Positions 1 to 17,146 are shown, counted from the first letter of the stretch. The stretch: DNA of 64,000 bases from Octopus vulgaris (GCA_951406725.2 OX597817.1:142290001-142354000); one strand, 5' to 3'. Program-made: numbers and translations. Notes: a model not told the origin generated them from the sequence alone.

Positions 1-1516
1 ACAAATAGACGGGATTGTCACGTTTGGGATGTCTTTGATGATGAGCATGCTCATGTATGAATGAATGGTAGTTTAATGACAGCAACAAGACCAACAACAG
101 CAACCTACTTTATGTATCATGACGTCAGTTCAGTTAAGCGGTGCTTCGAAATGCTGGATAAAACAGCAAGCAACCTTTTTCAAATCACAAAATGAAGGAC
201 ACCTTTTCACAACCATCGGAGCGCGAAGCGCTACACAAGAATGCAGTTCGTCAGATGGTTGTGATCTGTAAACAGTTTTGAGTAGGAACCGGAAAAAGAA
301 GAATGAACACGCGATGCGCATGTGCACACTGAATTCATGAAACGGAAGAGAAGAATAAAAACGCAATGCGCATGTCAAATGAAACCACTTATATGTTATA
401 GTCTGCAAGCTACGCCTGACACCACTATCAGCCATCCTTGCTATAATCCACTTGCCAATAATACACAAAAGAAGCAGATAGTCGCAGCCGGAAGCATGTT
501 TCATTTCAGAACCGGAAGCAAACAGTAACTCCAACGACACCATCAGCCATGATTTACTTTTTTTTAAATACTTCATTATTTTTGTGCTTCAGTTACAACC
601 TCATCTCTACCATCACTCTTACTACTTCTAATCCTGTCACAACAGCAACAGCAATAATTACAACCATTTTCTGTTGCTACTGCTGTTGTTGTTGTTGCTC
701 TTTGACGTAGAGAGAAACGTTGAGATTTCTGTGTTATAATTTATAATTACTGTCTTCCGATAAATGTTGGTCAACAATTGGAATATCCAGCAGTTAGCAA
801 GCCAGAATGTTATTCAATAATTTCAGTCTACCTTCTTTCTCTTCCCCACCTATCTGTCTCTCACGCTTTCTCTATCTATCTATCTCTCTCTATCTATCTA
901 TCTATATATATATATATCTTTCTCTCTTCATGTTTCTATTTTTCCCTCTTTACAGAGTAGCCTAGTAATAGTTATAGGAAACAGCATTCAAACTCGTATA
1001 TGAGAACAACGAAGACGAAAATCTTAAACGAAATGAAAGGGTGAATGACTTAGTTACATGCAAGGTGAAGTTAGTTTCTATAAAACAGCGAGAAGATACT
1101 TAGAGATAGCTTTGCAAATGGTGACAGACGTAGACAGTAAACGATGTGTGCAACGAGAAAGCTACGATGGATAAGAAAATACGCCACTTCAGACATTGAA
1201 TTTCAACTCTTCAAACTGTTACACTATCACAAATTGTATTGATCGTAGCTTGGATGTCTGTGAGTTTTGATATTTGTTTATTTAACATTTTTTCCCCATT
1301 ACTTCGTTCAATATTCATATTAAACTAAAACTGCATAGAATTGTCGTCCATGTGTGGGTGTATATATGAATCTCTAAGTTCGCATTGGTTGCATTGTTCG
1401 GAATACTGTGTTTTGTGACAAAACATTGAAATGTGGAGATTTTAAATGGATTCGAAACTCCTTACACAATGACTGAATTATAAATATGTCCAACGCAATT
1501 CAGCCACGATATATTA

Positions 1517-2465
<949 letters not shown>

Positions 2466-2713
2466 CGTATACATTAATGACAGAAGCAGTATTGATACCG
2501 AAATGAAATATTCATCGCTCCACTTAAACATGGATGTCCCGTTAGAACAAATTTTACTGTAGTGGATACCATGAAAGAATCTCTCACATTGGTCTTTTAA
2601 TGCAAAATGCTCTTTTGTCTATATTGCTTGCGGGGAGATAAATCACAGAGACCACCAGATCACGTTTGGTCCTGTCAACGATGGACACTCGACTGCAAGA
2701 GACAGCAGCGATT

Positions 2714-2905
2714 GTGGAGGCGCTATGGCCCAGTGGTTAGAGCAGCTGACTCGCGGTCGTAAGAACGCGGTTTCGATTCTCAGACCGGGCATTGTGAGTG
2801 TTTATTTAGCAAAAACACCTAAGCTCCACGAGGCTCCGGCGGGTGGGGGGTGAACCCTGCTGTACTCTTTCACCACAACTTTCTCTCACTCCTTTTTCCT
2901 ACTTC
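2714..2905 (+). mobile_element. tRNA-derived SINE
   Basis: Head GGAGGCGCTATGGCCCAGTGGTTAGAGCA (A box) and GGTTTCGATTCTC (B box), followed by a non-tRNA body. Confidence 0.75.
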
Positions 2906-3309
2906 TGCCACATGGTGTAACCCACTACGGTGTGGTAAACGTTCAGACCCTAGTCTAGATTGCGAATCCTCTGTACGCCAGGATGGTTCAGCTCTCTACC
3001 CGTTAAAATCCACCGTTTACTGAATGAGGATAACAACATAGCTTTCGTGCCTGTGCAACACATCGCGTGTGGTGGGTGGATCTTCAAGTTGCCGCACGCA
3101 TTCTTAGTAGCTTAGAGTAGGCTCCAATTAGAGATTATTTTTTGTGGCTAATGGCGTGAGTCCTGATTGGAAGAAGAAGACAGCAGGGATTCATCTCCCG
3201 CCAGTGGTGAGTAGACTGACAGTACCGGGACAGGTGCTGAGTTTATTAATACATACAAACATACATACATACATACATACATACATACATACATTCGTGA
3301 TAAAAACGA

Positions 3310-3600
3310 GTAGTGGTGGATGTCCCAGTAAAGACCTCAATAAACTGTAAGCATAACAGGCCTGATATAATGATTTGGGATAGAGAAGTGAAACTGTGTA
3401 TAGTTGTAGAAATTAGCAATTAGCTGCCAAGCGAATGTTAACAAAGCTGAAGATCTGTGAAAAAGAGAATACCTATGCTGAACTATTGAGAAATCTGCAG
3501 TTACTCTATTCAGATTACAAGTTTAGGTTTATACCTGTAATTATAGGGGCCCTGGGATATTTAACACACTGTCTAAATACCAATCTTGAGAAATTAGGGA
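3310..3600 (+). mobile_element. R4/Dong-clade non-LTR retrotransposon fragment (restriction-like endonuclease region)
   Basis: Manual translation gives CKHNRPDIMIWDREVKLCIVVEIS ... YAELLRNLQLLYSDYKFRFIPVIIGALGYL, with the RPD and PVIIGALG motifs of RLE-type LINEs. Frameshifted. Confidence 0.8.
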
Positions 3601-4649
3601 AGTAGAAGTACGAGGGAAATGGTAAATGGTAGACAACACAAAAGAAATCACTTTCAACTACTTGCTCAAATAATATGCAGAGTGTCTTATCTCTAAGTTT
3701 AGAAGTAGATCTTTAAGGCATGAGGAATTCTGAGGATCTGATCAAAACTTTGTTATTAAAAAAGTAAAGGAATTTTTTTAAAATATAAATAAAGTGGAAC
3801 TATACAAAAATAGATATTATTTTCAATCTTACTGTTCGTTTTATTTCGTTTTGAAAAATAAATATTTATTTTATGGTTTATTATTGTTTATATCTTGTGA
3901 GCGTTTAGGGCCTTTATCGGTTTTAATCCTGCCCTGCACAGAGGCGTCATCTCCTACGCTTCATACGTCTGGCGCCTGTTTTCCTGACAAGTGGGGCGGA
4001 GTTCGATATTTATTGGGATATAGGGATTCTATTGAAGGCTGTCTACAAGGCGATGTATATTAATATAGGAATTAAACTGGAATACAGCAGCCTCTCTGAA
4101 TTAACATGTAAGTGTTGTATTTAAATCCGTTCATAATAATATGAAATCAATATCGCGTTGTATTTTCAAATAACCCACCAACCACCTATCCGTTTTACAA
4201 AATCGGTAAATCAATGAGTTATTTATATAATGGTTCAATTCTTCTGACAATTCTCTTCCATTCATTCATCCATTTTCTCCGCCCACTATTTCTAGGAGAA
4301 TCATGCGTGTAGAGGCTACAGATATCTCTTCGACAGGCTCCTATCAAAAGCAATCGTCATCACAATTTTCTTTCTGAGTTACTAAAGCCAGTTCCTTCCT
4401 GGACCTGCTTCGGGTTTCTAGGACACTTATCCTTTGTGGTCCCACCGCAAGCCTCTCAGAATAAGGTTTATTGCTGGTTGCACCAGCAATGAGTGAAGAC
4501 TGTAATATATTTTTCGAATGAAACCCCTCTACCTAACATTCGAACACGTCATTTGATAACCTATGCGAGGGATGATGCAGAATTATCATTCTTTCAAACC
4601 CTTTCAAATTGCAGCTTTTGATGGTCTTATTCCCACCAGACCCCAAGGT

Positions 4650-4732
4650 AGTACATTATTTACGTTTGACGGATATTTCTCCTTATCTTCTCTGTTGTTA
4701 ACACAACGTTTCGCCTTCTTCAGGTGTCTTGA
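4650..4732 (-). mobile_element. 3' remnant of the hammerhead-tailed repeat (same family as 51829-52036), helix II deleted
   Basis: Minus strand reads GACAC-CTGAAGA-AGGC-GAAA-CGTT-GTGTT. It shares TTGTTAACACAACGTTTCG...GCCTTC.T.AGGTGTC with 51845-51903. Confidence 0.65.
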
Positions 4733-4929
4733 GTGTAAATAATGCACACAATTACACATCCCTTAAATATAGAACTGAATTACCAAGGTAGTAGTTGTTT
4801 TGGATCCACTTTCAATTGTCTTTTCAAGTATAAATTTGCTTTGGGTCACTGAAAGAAAATCAAAGAGGAGTATGAAGTAGTGAAAGAGAGGCAGAAGACT
4901 TTCGGGCTAATGTATTACAATATAGGTAA

Positions 4930-5220
4930 CGGTTCGTAGCCTACTGGTTGGGCGTGCTGCATTACAATCCTGAGATCGAGGTTTCGATTCCCAGACAGGC
5001 TGCCCTTTGTGTTCTTAAGCAAGGTACTTTATTTCACCGTGCTCCATTCTACTCAGCTGTAAATAGATCACACTGCAACGCACAAGCCTTCTGATCAGTT
5101 GTGGGGGGTGGAGAATGTCAGCCTGCTTGACCAGCCATCGGAGTAGCATCATTCAAAAGCTAAAACGATGCAAAGTGCATTGTATAACAACATTCAATAG
5201 TATGGTCGATCACGTGATCA
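4930..5220 (+). mobile_element. Decayed tRNA-derived SINE (head shared with 28270-28610 and 42235-42482)
   Basis: B box GGTTTCGATTCC followed by TTGTGTTCTTAAGCAAGGTACTTTATTTCAC...CTCAGCTGTAAAT. Confidence 0.6.
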
Positions 5221-6151
5221 TGTAGTGTTAAAATATACAATTTCGCTTTCTGCGATTCTCAATTAAACTACATCTACTAAGCGAACCCGCTTATACCAGG
5301 CTTAACTGCTTTATACCAGCTACTCGACAAAGGGCAATTAACTTTTCAGTTGGTAGTTCGTTACTCTATTCAATCGAATTTGGTTCTGCCTACCTCACAT
5401 CAAAATAGTAAAACTAGCAATAAAATGGCAAAAAATAAAGAAAGAGAATAAAGTTTTGCGCTGATATATTTATAAATGCTTTCTTTATTGTTAGCGTTTG
5501 CTTTCTGTTATTCGTTTCGCTGCTATGCAGCAGTTTTTGAAAATGAAACAAATCCGATAATCCGATGCCCCCTTACTCATTGGTTATCAAAATAATAAGC
5601 ATATTGAAACAATGCCAAAAATAGGATGTTTAAATATTTGATATATTCAAGGGCCCTATATTGTAAGATATATATCAAGGATTTCGAAATGCGCAGTAAT
5701 GGAGACGTATTGGACGTCGGCCAACTGAAGGCAGTGTGGAAATATACATAAATCTCTGAAGTTTGCTTTTACTTAACGTATACTTTATACATTAACAGTT
5801 GAAACAGTAAATAATTTGTTCAATTCTGAAATCAATTATTCCTTTCATTCTGGTTTGCTTGTTAACTAAACAGATCTACTTTCATCACTTAATGCACCTA
5901 GAAGTTGTTTCACCCGTTGACGGTCAATTAGAATCAAATAAAGTAGTCTAGCAAATGTTTGCATTTTTGTTCCGCTATCACAGAGACGAGCTCCGTATTA
6001 ATCATGAAATATATATTACTTCAATATATTTGATTTTGATGTGAGAAAATTTCGTTGCCTTCCCTAAAGGCAACGAACTGATACAGACGAGACGGTAAAA
6101 TGGTTCACGAAAGTCCAGTTCTCCTGTCATTCAATAACATTATATAACATT

Positions 6152-6209
<58 letters not shown>

Positions 6210-6211
6210 CA

Positions 6212-6242
<31 letters not shown>

Positions 6243-6419
6243 TAACGAAATTAAATAAGCGTAACCTTCATAGTCACTGATAGCATGTAAACGTTTAATA
6301 AAGGTGTATTCTTTAGTTTAATGTTAAAATGTTTTATATACAACGATATCGAATATTACAAATGTCAATACGCACGCACACACACACACACACACACACA
6401 TACACACATGCATGTTCAT

Positions 6420-6665
6420 CATTGTTTTATTTCAAGATTTCTTGGCAATAGAGAACTAACCGGTTTCTAACCTAGATCCAAGGCTCCTTCTTTGGAATTT
6501 CAACATCAACAAGAGGGTATTTTTGTTTGTATGTACGTATAAGTGCAGATTTGTATGGTTTGCTTTATGTATGTATTCTCATGTTTATATTTACATATCT
6601 ACACATGCTCAGATATATTCAAATGATAAACTTCTGGAACGTGTAACAGATCTTTACAGTTCCAC
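6420..6665 (+). repeat. Dispersed repeat, family shared with 31507-32030
   Basis: Shared blocks GATCCAA.GCTCCTTC, CAACATCAACAA, CAGATTTGTATG, CATGCTCA.ATATA, GATAAA.TTCTGGAA and TTTAC.GTTCCA. Confidence 0.75.
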
Positions 6666-6694
6666 TTATGACGTGTATGTATGTATGTATGTAT

Positions 6695-6974
6695 AACCTA
6701 GCCACTGATGGTGGTATAACACACCATACTAATCATATCTGTCGGGCATGTGGAAGAGAGTGTAATTCGGCAGAAGGACTTAAACGACATGCAAAGGTAC
6801 ATGAAGCCCAGTTACAACTACAGCCGGCTATTACCAGTACAGGTCTTAGGTGCCAGTTTTGTACAAGACATTGTAGATTTTTAGCTGGGCTAAAAAGTCA
6901 CATTCGATCACAGCACCAGTAACAGTTAAGCTTCGTGCAATGGCCATACTCGATAACGAGGGGGGCAGCCATAA
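6695..6974 (+). mobile_element. Probable RTE-clade LINE 3' end with two C2H2 zinc-finger motifs
   Basis: HICRACGRECNSAEGLKRHAKVH and LRCQFCTRHCRFLAGLKSHIRSQH, then a stop and a short 3' UTR. Flanked on both sides by (GTAT)n. A terminal C..C...GL.SH.R.H finger is typical of RTE ORF ends. Confidence 0.6.
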
Positions 6975-7034
6975 TGTATGTATGTATGTATGTATGTATG
7001 TATGTATGTATGTATTTATGCATGTATGTATGTA

Positions 7035-7216
7035 AATCCCCCAAAAGAATAAATAAAGAACAACAACGCAAGGACGTGATGCTTGTAATGTATTAGCAGA
7101 TGCTAAGGAAAAGAAAGATGATTTAACGTTTCGAGCAGACGCACTTCGTCGGAAACAGAGGAAAGTCCAATAGAAGGGAAGACAGAGGAAGAAAATAGCC
7201 AACGATTCGCATGTGG
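7035..7216 (-). mobile_element. Penelope pLTR-like short repeat with a degenerate hammerhead core (family shared with 38575-38760)
   Basis: Minus strand reads CCGACGA-AGTGCGTCTGCTC-GAAA-CGTT. Colinear similarity to 38575-38760 (ATCGTTGG, TTGGACTTTCCT, CACGTCCT.GCGTTGTTGT). Flanked by microsatellites. Confidence 0.55.
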
Positions 7217-7489
7217 TTATGTATGTATGTATGTATGTATGTATGTATGTATGTATGTATGTATGTATGTATGTATGCATGTATGTATGTATGTATGTAT
7301 GGCTGGCTGGCTGGCTGGCTGGCTGGATGGATGGATGGATGGACTGATGGACGGATGGATGGATAGATGGATGAAGGGATGGATGAAGGTATGCATGAAT
7401 TTCCATCGGCTTCGACGATAGATATTCGGCTGTTCAATTAAATGAAACGTCTGCTCATTCAATAAGCTTTTACGTCGCTGAATAATCCT

Positions 7490-7722
7490 TAGACGCATCT
7501 TAATTCTCAGGTAGAATCAACGAGGAAAGTAGGCACCCAAGGGCGTACCATTTCAACTCCAGCGACAATTAACGCGACGGGATTCTATAACCGAATACCA
7601 CTCGTTAGATATAGGTTGAACCAAGGCTACGTAAAAATGACATAAGCTGTCATAGGCTAGGTTTGAACTCGGGATCTCAAGGTCAGAAGTCGAAGTTCGT
7701 TCCCATTCCGCACTACTGCACC
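7490..7722 (-). mobile_element. Decayed tRNA-derived SINE
   Basis: Minus-strand tRNA-like head ending GAGATCCCGAGTTCAAACC (B box). Confidence 0.5.
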
Positions 7723-8128
7723 TAAACATTTATATAAGTCTGTGGAATTGTCACCTTATTACACACTATTTCAATGAACATGCAATTCCGTGAACCAAAC
7801 CAAGTATTATTCATCCTCGAATCCGAGTGAGAACCATTCCTCTATCTCTGTCAGATTGTCTGTCTGCCTGTGTGTATGTATGTTTGTATGTATATATGAG
7901 TGTATCTATATATGTACGAATGTATATTATAAACTGTCAAATTGTTTCAATTGATGTAGAGATTTCATACATCAAGAAAAAGGAGGCAGTCAGAATTTTG
8001 GATAATTCTTTAGTATCCCATCCTTTTCGGTCATGGAGACTTCAGATAAGTTTTACAGAATATTTATTTGCTTATTATACAAATCATTGAAAAGAGGATA
8101 TTCAAAATTCCGCCTACCTACTATTTCT

Positions 8129-8192
<64 letters not shown>

Positions 8193-8599
8193 CAAAGTGG
8201 AGCTGCAAGGCACCGCACGAGTGGAACCATATATGAAAGAATGCTTGAAAATGCAATTCCAAAATATGCTCATCCACTTTACCGGTTTCACCCCCTCAAA
8301 CTTCAGCTGTTGCCTGTCTACATTTTGAAATCAGTTTGTGGTTGACAACTTCTACTCTTTTAGAATGGATTGATGCAACTAGGATAACAATGATTCATTG
8401 GCTGTCTTCCGTTTCCAGCATCTGCCTATGGTTGCTGTGATCAATGGGTACTCCTAAAGATCTTTGAGACTGAACTGTCTTTGCTGTTGATTTTGATCGT
8501 CTGACTTTAAAAAATAAGTCCTGGGATCCATATGTTTGACTAAAACACTTTCAAGTGGTGCTCCAGTATGGCTGCAGTCAAATTACTTTTTGCTGAATT

Positions 8600-9421
<822 letters not shown>

Positions 9422-10248
9422 CATATGACATGAAAGAACAGAGGAAATATTTGAGCAATATGTAGTTATATCCTTTTTAAGGAATCTTCTTACTCTGCAA
9501 AAATGATATTTCCAGTTGCCGAGAGAATACGTTAATGAATAACTGGTTTTGCATGCTGCCGTATTTCCTTTGCTTGTAAAATTTTGAATGCGTCATGTGT
9601 GATAATATAAAGGATTTGAAACCTACATTACTTAAGTAGATATCACATTAATGGGAAGATGAAAAAGATAAATTGAAGCCTGATAAACTTTTGGGATTGC
9701 ACATGCTCTTTCTAATACGCTTTTCCTAGCGTTTCCGTTGAATAACCCATAAACAAATTTAAGGATGGAATTCAGTAAATGTGAAATAAAATCGCAGGCG
9801 TGGATTCTCTCTCCCATGTCGTCGATGACAGATGAGGGTTCCACAATTTCCAGCTGAACAACCTGCACAGGTGACTAGTTTAATGTGATCAAATGCTTCT
9901 GCTGAACATTACCTCAATGTCAAATTGACATTGCCTGCACCGGTTGCGCAGTGTGCCACACGTCAAATGTCAAAGTGATCGCAGGACAACTTGATGACAT
10001 GAGGTGCCATTACTCCACAGCACAACGTACTACCCGTTCTGCAATTCGAAACCACGACTTTGTGATTGAGGGAGCAACACCTTCACTGCTAGCCACGCAC
10101 CTGCAGAATTAAAGTATTATTTCATCATTGAAATGTGTAAAGTATCTATTCAGGTATCTATGCAATAATATCCGAGACGTGAGAAGTTTTGAAATTTCTA
10201 TCAAGTTGTTAAACTTGTCGCTATATATTTTCTATGAAAATTATACAC

Positions 10249-10408
10249 TAGGCGTAGGAGTGGGTGTGTGGTAAGCAGGTTGCTTACGAACGACATGGTT
10301 CCGGGTTCAGTCCCACTGCGTGACACCTTGGGCAAGTGTCTTCTATAGCCTCGGGCCGACCAAAGCCTTGTGAGTGGATTTGGTGGACGGAAACTGAAAG
10401 AGGCCATC

Positions 10409-10463
<55 letters not shown>

Positions 10464-10690
10464 TGTGTGTGTACTTGTGTGTCTGTGTTTGTACCCCCAA
10501 CATCACTTGACAACCGATGCTGGTGTGTTTACGTCCCCGTAACTTGGCGGTTCGGCAAATGAGACCGATAGAATAAGTACTAGGCTTACAAAGAATAAGT
10601 CCTGGGGTCGATTTGCTCGACTAAAAGGCGGTGCTCCAGCATGGCCACAGTCAAATGACTGAAACAAGTAAAAGAGTAAAAGAGTAAGAG
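10249..10690 (+). mobile_element. Family-A tRNA-derived SINE (internal TA/TG microsatellite, GAGTAAAA tail)
   Basis: Head TAGGCGTAGGAGTGG.TGTGTGGTAAG, B box GGTTCAGTCCC, body GGGCAAGTGTCTTC...GGCCGACCAAAGCCTTGTGAGTGGATTTGG, 3' end GGCGGTGCTCCAGCATGGCC.CAGTCAAATGACTGAAACAAGTAAAAGAGTAAA. More than 12 copies in the window. Confidence 0.9.
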
Positions 10691-10969
10691 TACACCGATT
10701 TTCTTTCGACGTTTCGGATCCGAGACTCCTGATATAAATGACAGCAATTTAGATCACAGATGAAAAATGGTTAACGGACATATATGCCATATTTCGGGAG
10801 TTTTTGCTCCTTCCCCAGCAGCTGTCCAACCCATTGATCATCCACGAACTCATCGCTTAAATAGCCAGTAAATACATCGGTGTAAGTATAGCAGATACGG
10901 AACATCGTAAAACTCAGTGCTAATTTCTATGGAAAATCTTTAGAGATAACATTGACAAATAGTCTTTCC

Positions 10970-11172
10970 TACTCTTGGCACAAGGCCCGATATTTGGGGG
11001 AAGGGAGCCAGACGATTAGATCGACTCCAGTACACAACTGGTACGTAATTTATCGACCACGAAAAGAGGCAAAGTTGACCCCGGCGGAATTTGAACTGAA
11101 AACGTAAAGACAGACGAAATAACACTAAGCATTTCGCCCGGCATGCTAACGTTTCTGCCAGCCCGCCGCCTT
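10970..11172 (-). mobile_element. Family-B SINE
   Basis: Reverse complement of GGCGGCGAGCTGGCAGAAACGTTAGCACGCCGGGCGAAATGC...GTTCAAATTCCGCCG.GGTC.ACTTTGCC. Confidence 0.85.
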
Positions 11173-11231
11173 AACCTTAACAGATAATGTAGTAGCACTG
11201 CTAACACAGTAGATCATGGTATTGACATATA

Positions 11232-11462
11232 CTCTCTTTACTCTTTTACTCTTTTACTTGTTTCAGTCATGTGACTGTGGCCATGCTGGAGCACAACCTT
11301 TAGTCGAGCAAGTCGACTCAAGGACTTATTCTTCGTAAGCCTAGTACTTATTCTATCGGTCACTTTTGCCGAACCGCTAAGTTACGGGGACGTAAATACA
11401 TCAGCATCGGTTGTCAAGCGATGTTGGAGAGGACAAGCACGGACACACAAGCATACACACGC

Positions 11463-11510
<48 letters not shown>

Positions 11511-11655
11511 GACGGGGTTCTTTCACTTACCGTCTAAGAAATCCACTCACATTCGGCCAGAAGCTATAGTAGAACACAGTTGCCCAAGGTGCCACACAGT
11601 AGGACTGAACCCGGAACCATGGGGTTGGTAAGCAAGCTACTTACCACACAGCCAG
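11232..11655 (-). mobile_element. Family-A SINE
   Basis: Reverse-complement match to 10249-10690, including the tail TTTTACTC repeats. Confidence 0.9.
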
Positions 11656-12719
11656 CACAATGAAATACCATGTCCTGACAAGTCGTTAATATTCAATTCA
11701 GTATGACTTCTTTCGAAACACCTAGTGTTTCCACTTCCGTCGAAACTACCGGATAGTCTTCGATTTCACAAATTTAACATAGAATAAAGTGCAAAGATTT
11801 CTAGGAATAATTCTACGTGTCAAACATACGAAGTGTGTTGGCTGATTGTTAGTGTTCAGGTGAATCGCTTTAAAAAATAGCGAGTACATCCTTTACCGAG
11901 CGAGAAAACCGATCTCTGCTGCAGCTGTGTCTTGTTGCAGTCGTGTGAAAGGCAAATATATTTGGTGCATCTTGAAGATGACAAGTCTTATAATTCCGAA
12001 GAAAGGCTGGTTGTGACAGATGGGTGATACGCAGAATATAAGATATAACCCACAACTCTAAACTGTTGGAGTACGGAATATTATAGTGAAATTTAGAGAA
12101 AAGAAGGGCAGAGAATTTGAAAAATCGATGATACTAGAATTGGGCGAATGAGGTGAGTAATTTGATCACAGGCACTTGTGGTATTCTAATCAAGAAACCG
12201 ATCATCAATCCAAAGCGGCAAATAGATCCGAATACCGGATTATTTCAGAATTGTTAAGATCAACCAAAATTAATTAAAATTAGGGAAACTAGATGGAGAT
12301 GGATAGAAGAAAAAAATTAGCGATTGCAGTAAGTTGAAGACCGAAAATATGGAATATCATATGCCTCAAAATATTATATGTATATCTTATGTTACATGCA
12401 TAATATATAGATACGTCCCTAGATTTCAGTATTTGAAATCAATATATATTTTGCTACTGATATTTCACTGATAACTAACGATTAAACGTTTTATTGATCT
12501 CTCGGGTGCATGCCAAGAAATTGATGGTTAATTAGACTCTGCCTGCATTGCACAGAGTGATGCGGAGCGACATCACTAGTATTAACAGACAGAAAGGGGT
12601 TTAACTACTGATATGTCGATCCCCTTTGATGCTTGTTGGCCTTCATTCATCGCCTTGTTTAACACCATCACGTGGTAAGTCGGGTGCTTTAAACAGAGCT
12701 ATGCTTTTAGGATATCTAT

Positions 12720-12787
12720 CTTCCCCGTGTCTCTTCCTTTCTAGTTCTCTTCTTGTATTTCTGTGTCTCAGGGTGTCTCCTTTTCTC

Positions 12788-12820
<33 letters not shown>

Positions 12821-13300
12821 TTGTCTCGTTTCTTTGTTTTTATCTTTCTATTTCTCTTTTTATTCCGCTTTGTCTCTTACTGTCTCTGATTTGCACCATC
12901 TCTCTCTCTCTCTCTCTCTCTCACTCTCTCTCTCTCAGATCCATTCTCGTTCTCACTTTCTTTCTGTGTTTCTCACTGACTCACTTCTCCCTTCTTGTCT
13001 TTCTCTGTCTCACTTTGTCCCTCTTTATCTCATTCTACCTCTCTTTCTATCTCTCTCTTTGTCTGTGTGTCACAGTGTCTCCATTTTTAATTTTTGTATC
13101 TATTCGTCTCCTTGTCTTGTTTTGTATTTCTGTATCTCCTTGTTACTCTCTTTGTAGGTCTTAATCTCTTACTGTCTCTCATTCTCTCTCTCTCTCTCAT
13201 CCTGTCCTCTCTTTCTCTTTCTCTCTCGCTTTCTTCCTCTGTCTCTCACTTACTCACTTCTCTCTTTTCACCTCCCCTGTCTCCCTTTATCTCTCACTGA
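12720..13300. repeat. Degenerate (CT)-rich low-complexity tract
   Basis: Seen directly. Confidence 0.9.
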
Positions 13301-13809
13301 TTTAGCTCCTCAATGAAACGCAAAAAACAAAAAAGAAAACTCTGTCACAGTTATAACAATGCATTCGATGTCTCGTGACATAAAATACCCTTTATCACAC
13401 AGAAATTGTGACACTAATATTTAGCAACACACGAACAAGTACGAATTTTATGTCGCTGGGTTACTTACAGACCTACCACACAATTGCACAACATAATCAA
13501 CATCCATAATAAGAAAGCAATTAATCTCCTGGGACTTTCATGAAAATATAAACAAAATTACGAGTTTTAAATGTGTACATGAATAGTTTGAGCATATAAA
13601 TATCAACAAAAGCTTGATATTGTATAATAAAGCTTATATAATTCCCATATAACAGGGTGACATCATTAAATTTGTAAATTTAATTTGGAAGTGTTTTTAT
13701 GTAAAATATTTTCATAGCTTAATTAGAAGTCAGGATAAAGGGAAATGATTTTATGTACATGATGAATACATCTGATACGTAGAACGAGTTTATGATGGCT
13801 TTGTATCAA

Positions 13810-15530
<1,721 letters not shown>

Positions 15531-16342
15531 TGAGTGGGTAAGATATCTATTATGATTAGACATGCCAGGTGTAGGGAAGTGGGGGCGGAGTGAGTTCTAT
15601 GATGAAATATAGAAGAGAATATAACGGATGCATTGTATCTCGTAAAGAAAAACAGTGATGAAACAATCCGCCATTTTGGAGCTTGTACTTTTATGTTCCA
15701 AAACCGAAATCAATATTATGTTAAATATTATATATTTTCCTGTAAAACTGAGAATCAATTGAAATTTAGTGCTGCCTTTATGATGGAATTCCATCTGTTT
15801 TTATGCTGTTATATACTTTTTATGTGCGGTTTTGGATTCACACATCAAAAGGCAATATATCTCTTACTTTATTTTTTTAAATCATGAAATCCAAACCTGA
15901 ATTTACAATGATTTCGAACAGGGAACGTAAGAACGGTAGGGGACTGGTATTCTCTTACTGTTATTATTGTTTGATCGGCCAGTGTCCTGTTTTTGTCGAC
16001 CTATGTTATATAGCACCCTAGGCGTAACGATGTCAACATTTCAGACTAACCCTATAAGGTGTAATGCGTCCCTCTTTATGAAGACGGTAGGGCATAATGT
16101 GAAAAACAAAAACTGTTCCTATATCTAGCATGAAAGAGCCAAAGTAGCGGGGTCGTTATCTCGTCGGACATAGCATACTTACAGAGATTCCTCCCGGCTA
16201 TTTGAGTTCTGAATTCGAAGCCAAATGAGGTCAGTTTTGGCATTCACGCTTTTGGGGTTGATAAATTAATATCAAGACTTCTCTCTAAATTACTGGCCTT
16301 GGTGCTTGCAACAAGCTGACGACCCCTTCAAGGGTATGTTGT

Positions 16343-16568
16343 GAGCTGGCAAAAACGTTAGCACGCCGGGCGAAATGCGTAGCCGTATTTCGTCTGCCGT
16401 TACGCTCTGAGCTCAAATTCCTCCGAGGTCGACTTTGCCTTTCATCCTTTCGGGGTCAATAAATTAAGTACCAGTTACGCACTGGGGTCGATTTAATCGA
16501 CTTAATCCGTTTGTCTGTCCTTGTTTGTCCTCTCTGTGTTTAGCCCCTTGTGGGTAGTAAAGAAATAC
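16343..16568 (+). mobile_element. Family-B SINE
   Basis: GAGCTGGCAAAAACGTTAGCACGCCGGGCG...GACTTTGCCTTTCATCCTTTCGGGGTC.ATAAATTAAGTACCAG, where the central block resembles the Deu/Nin SINE domain, then TAGCCCCTTGTGGGTAGTAAAGAAATA. Confidence 0.88.
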
Positions 16569-17110
16569 GTATGTTGTGATTTCAGTTACTTATGCGCCAT
16601 GCAAAAACCGCGTGAATAATCTTATGACATCTAGAGCTCGTGAAAAACTAATATCTATCAGGAATAGTGAATACAAGGCGCCTCTCGTTATTACATGGAG
16701 CGAAAGATATTTGTGTTAATGTTTAAAAGACGCAGCACCTAATTTAATTTTCATGTATTCTAGCCAAATGTTGAAATAAAACAACCGTGGACGTTTAAGT
16801 ATATTGTTTGTGTTGGGAATCTTGAGAATAAAATAAAATGAAATGGGATGGAGGACTTTCTAAAAATAATTTCTACCTTACATGAAAGGTATTTAAATTA
16901 CGCAGAGTGTATATAAACATGCACATCATTTAATATTTTTGTATAGAACCATAAGTATGAGGTAATTCTCTGAGTGGACGAGATATTTGCTAAGATTGTG
17001 TAAGTGTCTGTACACACAGACACACACACGTATGTACATACATATATATACATTGTATATATATATATATATGTACGTATGTATATACATTGTATATATA
17101 TATGTATGTA

Positions 17111-17146
<36 letters not shown>

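Noticed and set aside
130-576. 148-aa minus-strand ORF as a gene
   Set aside because: No recognisable motif or coding-like composition.
6668-6922. Host C2H2 zinc-finger gene exon
   Set aside because: There is no TGEKP linker and no clear splice acceptor, and the segment is bounded by (GTAT)n. It fits an RTE LINE terminus better.
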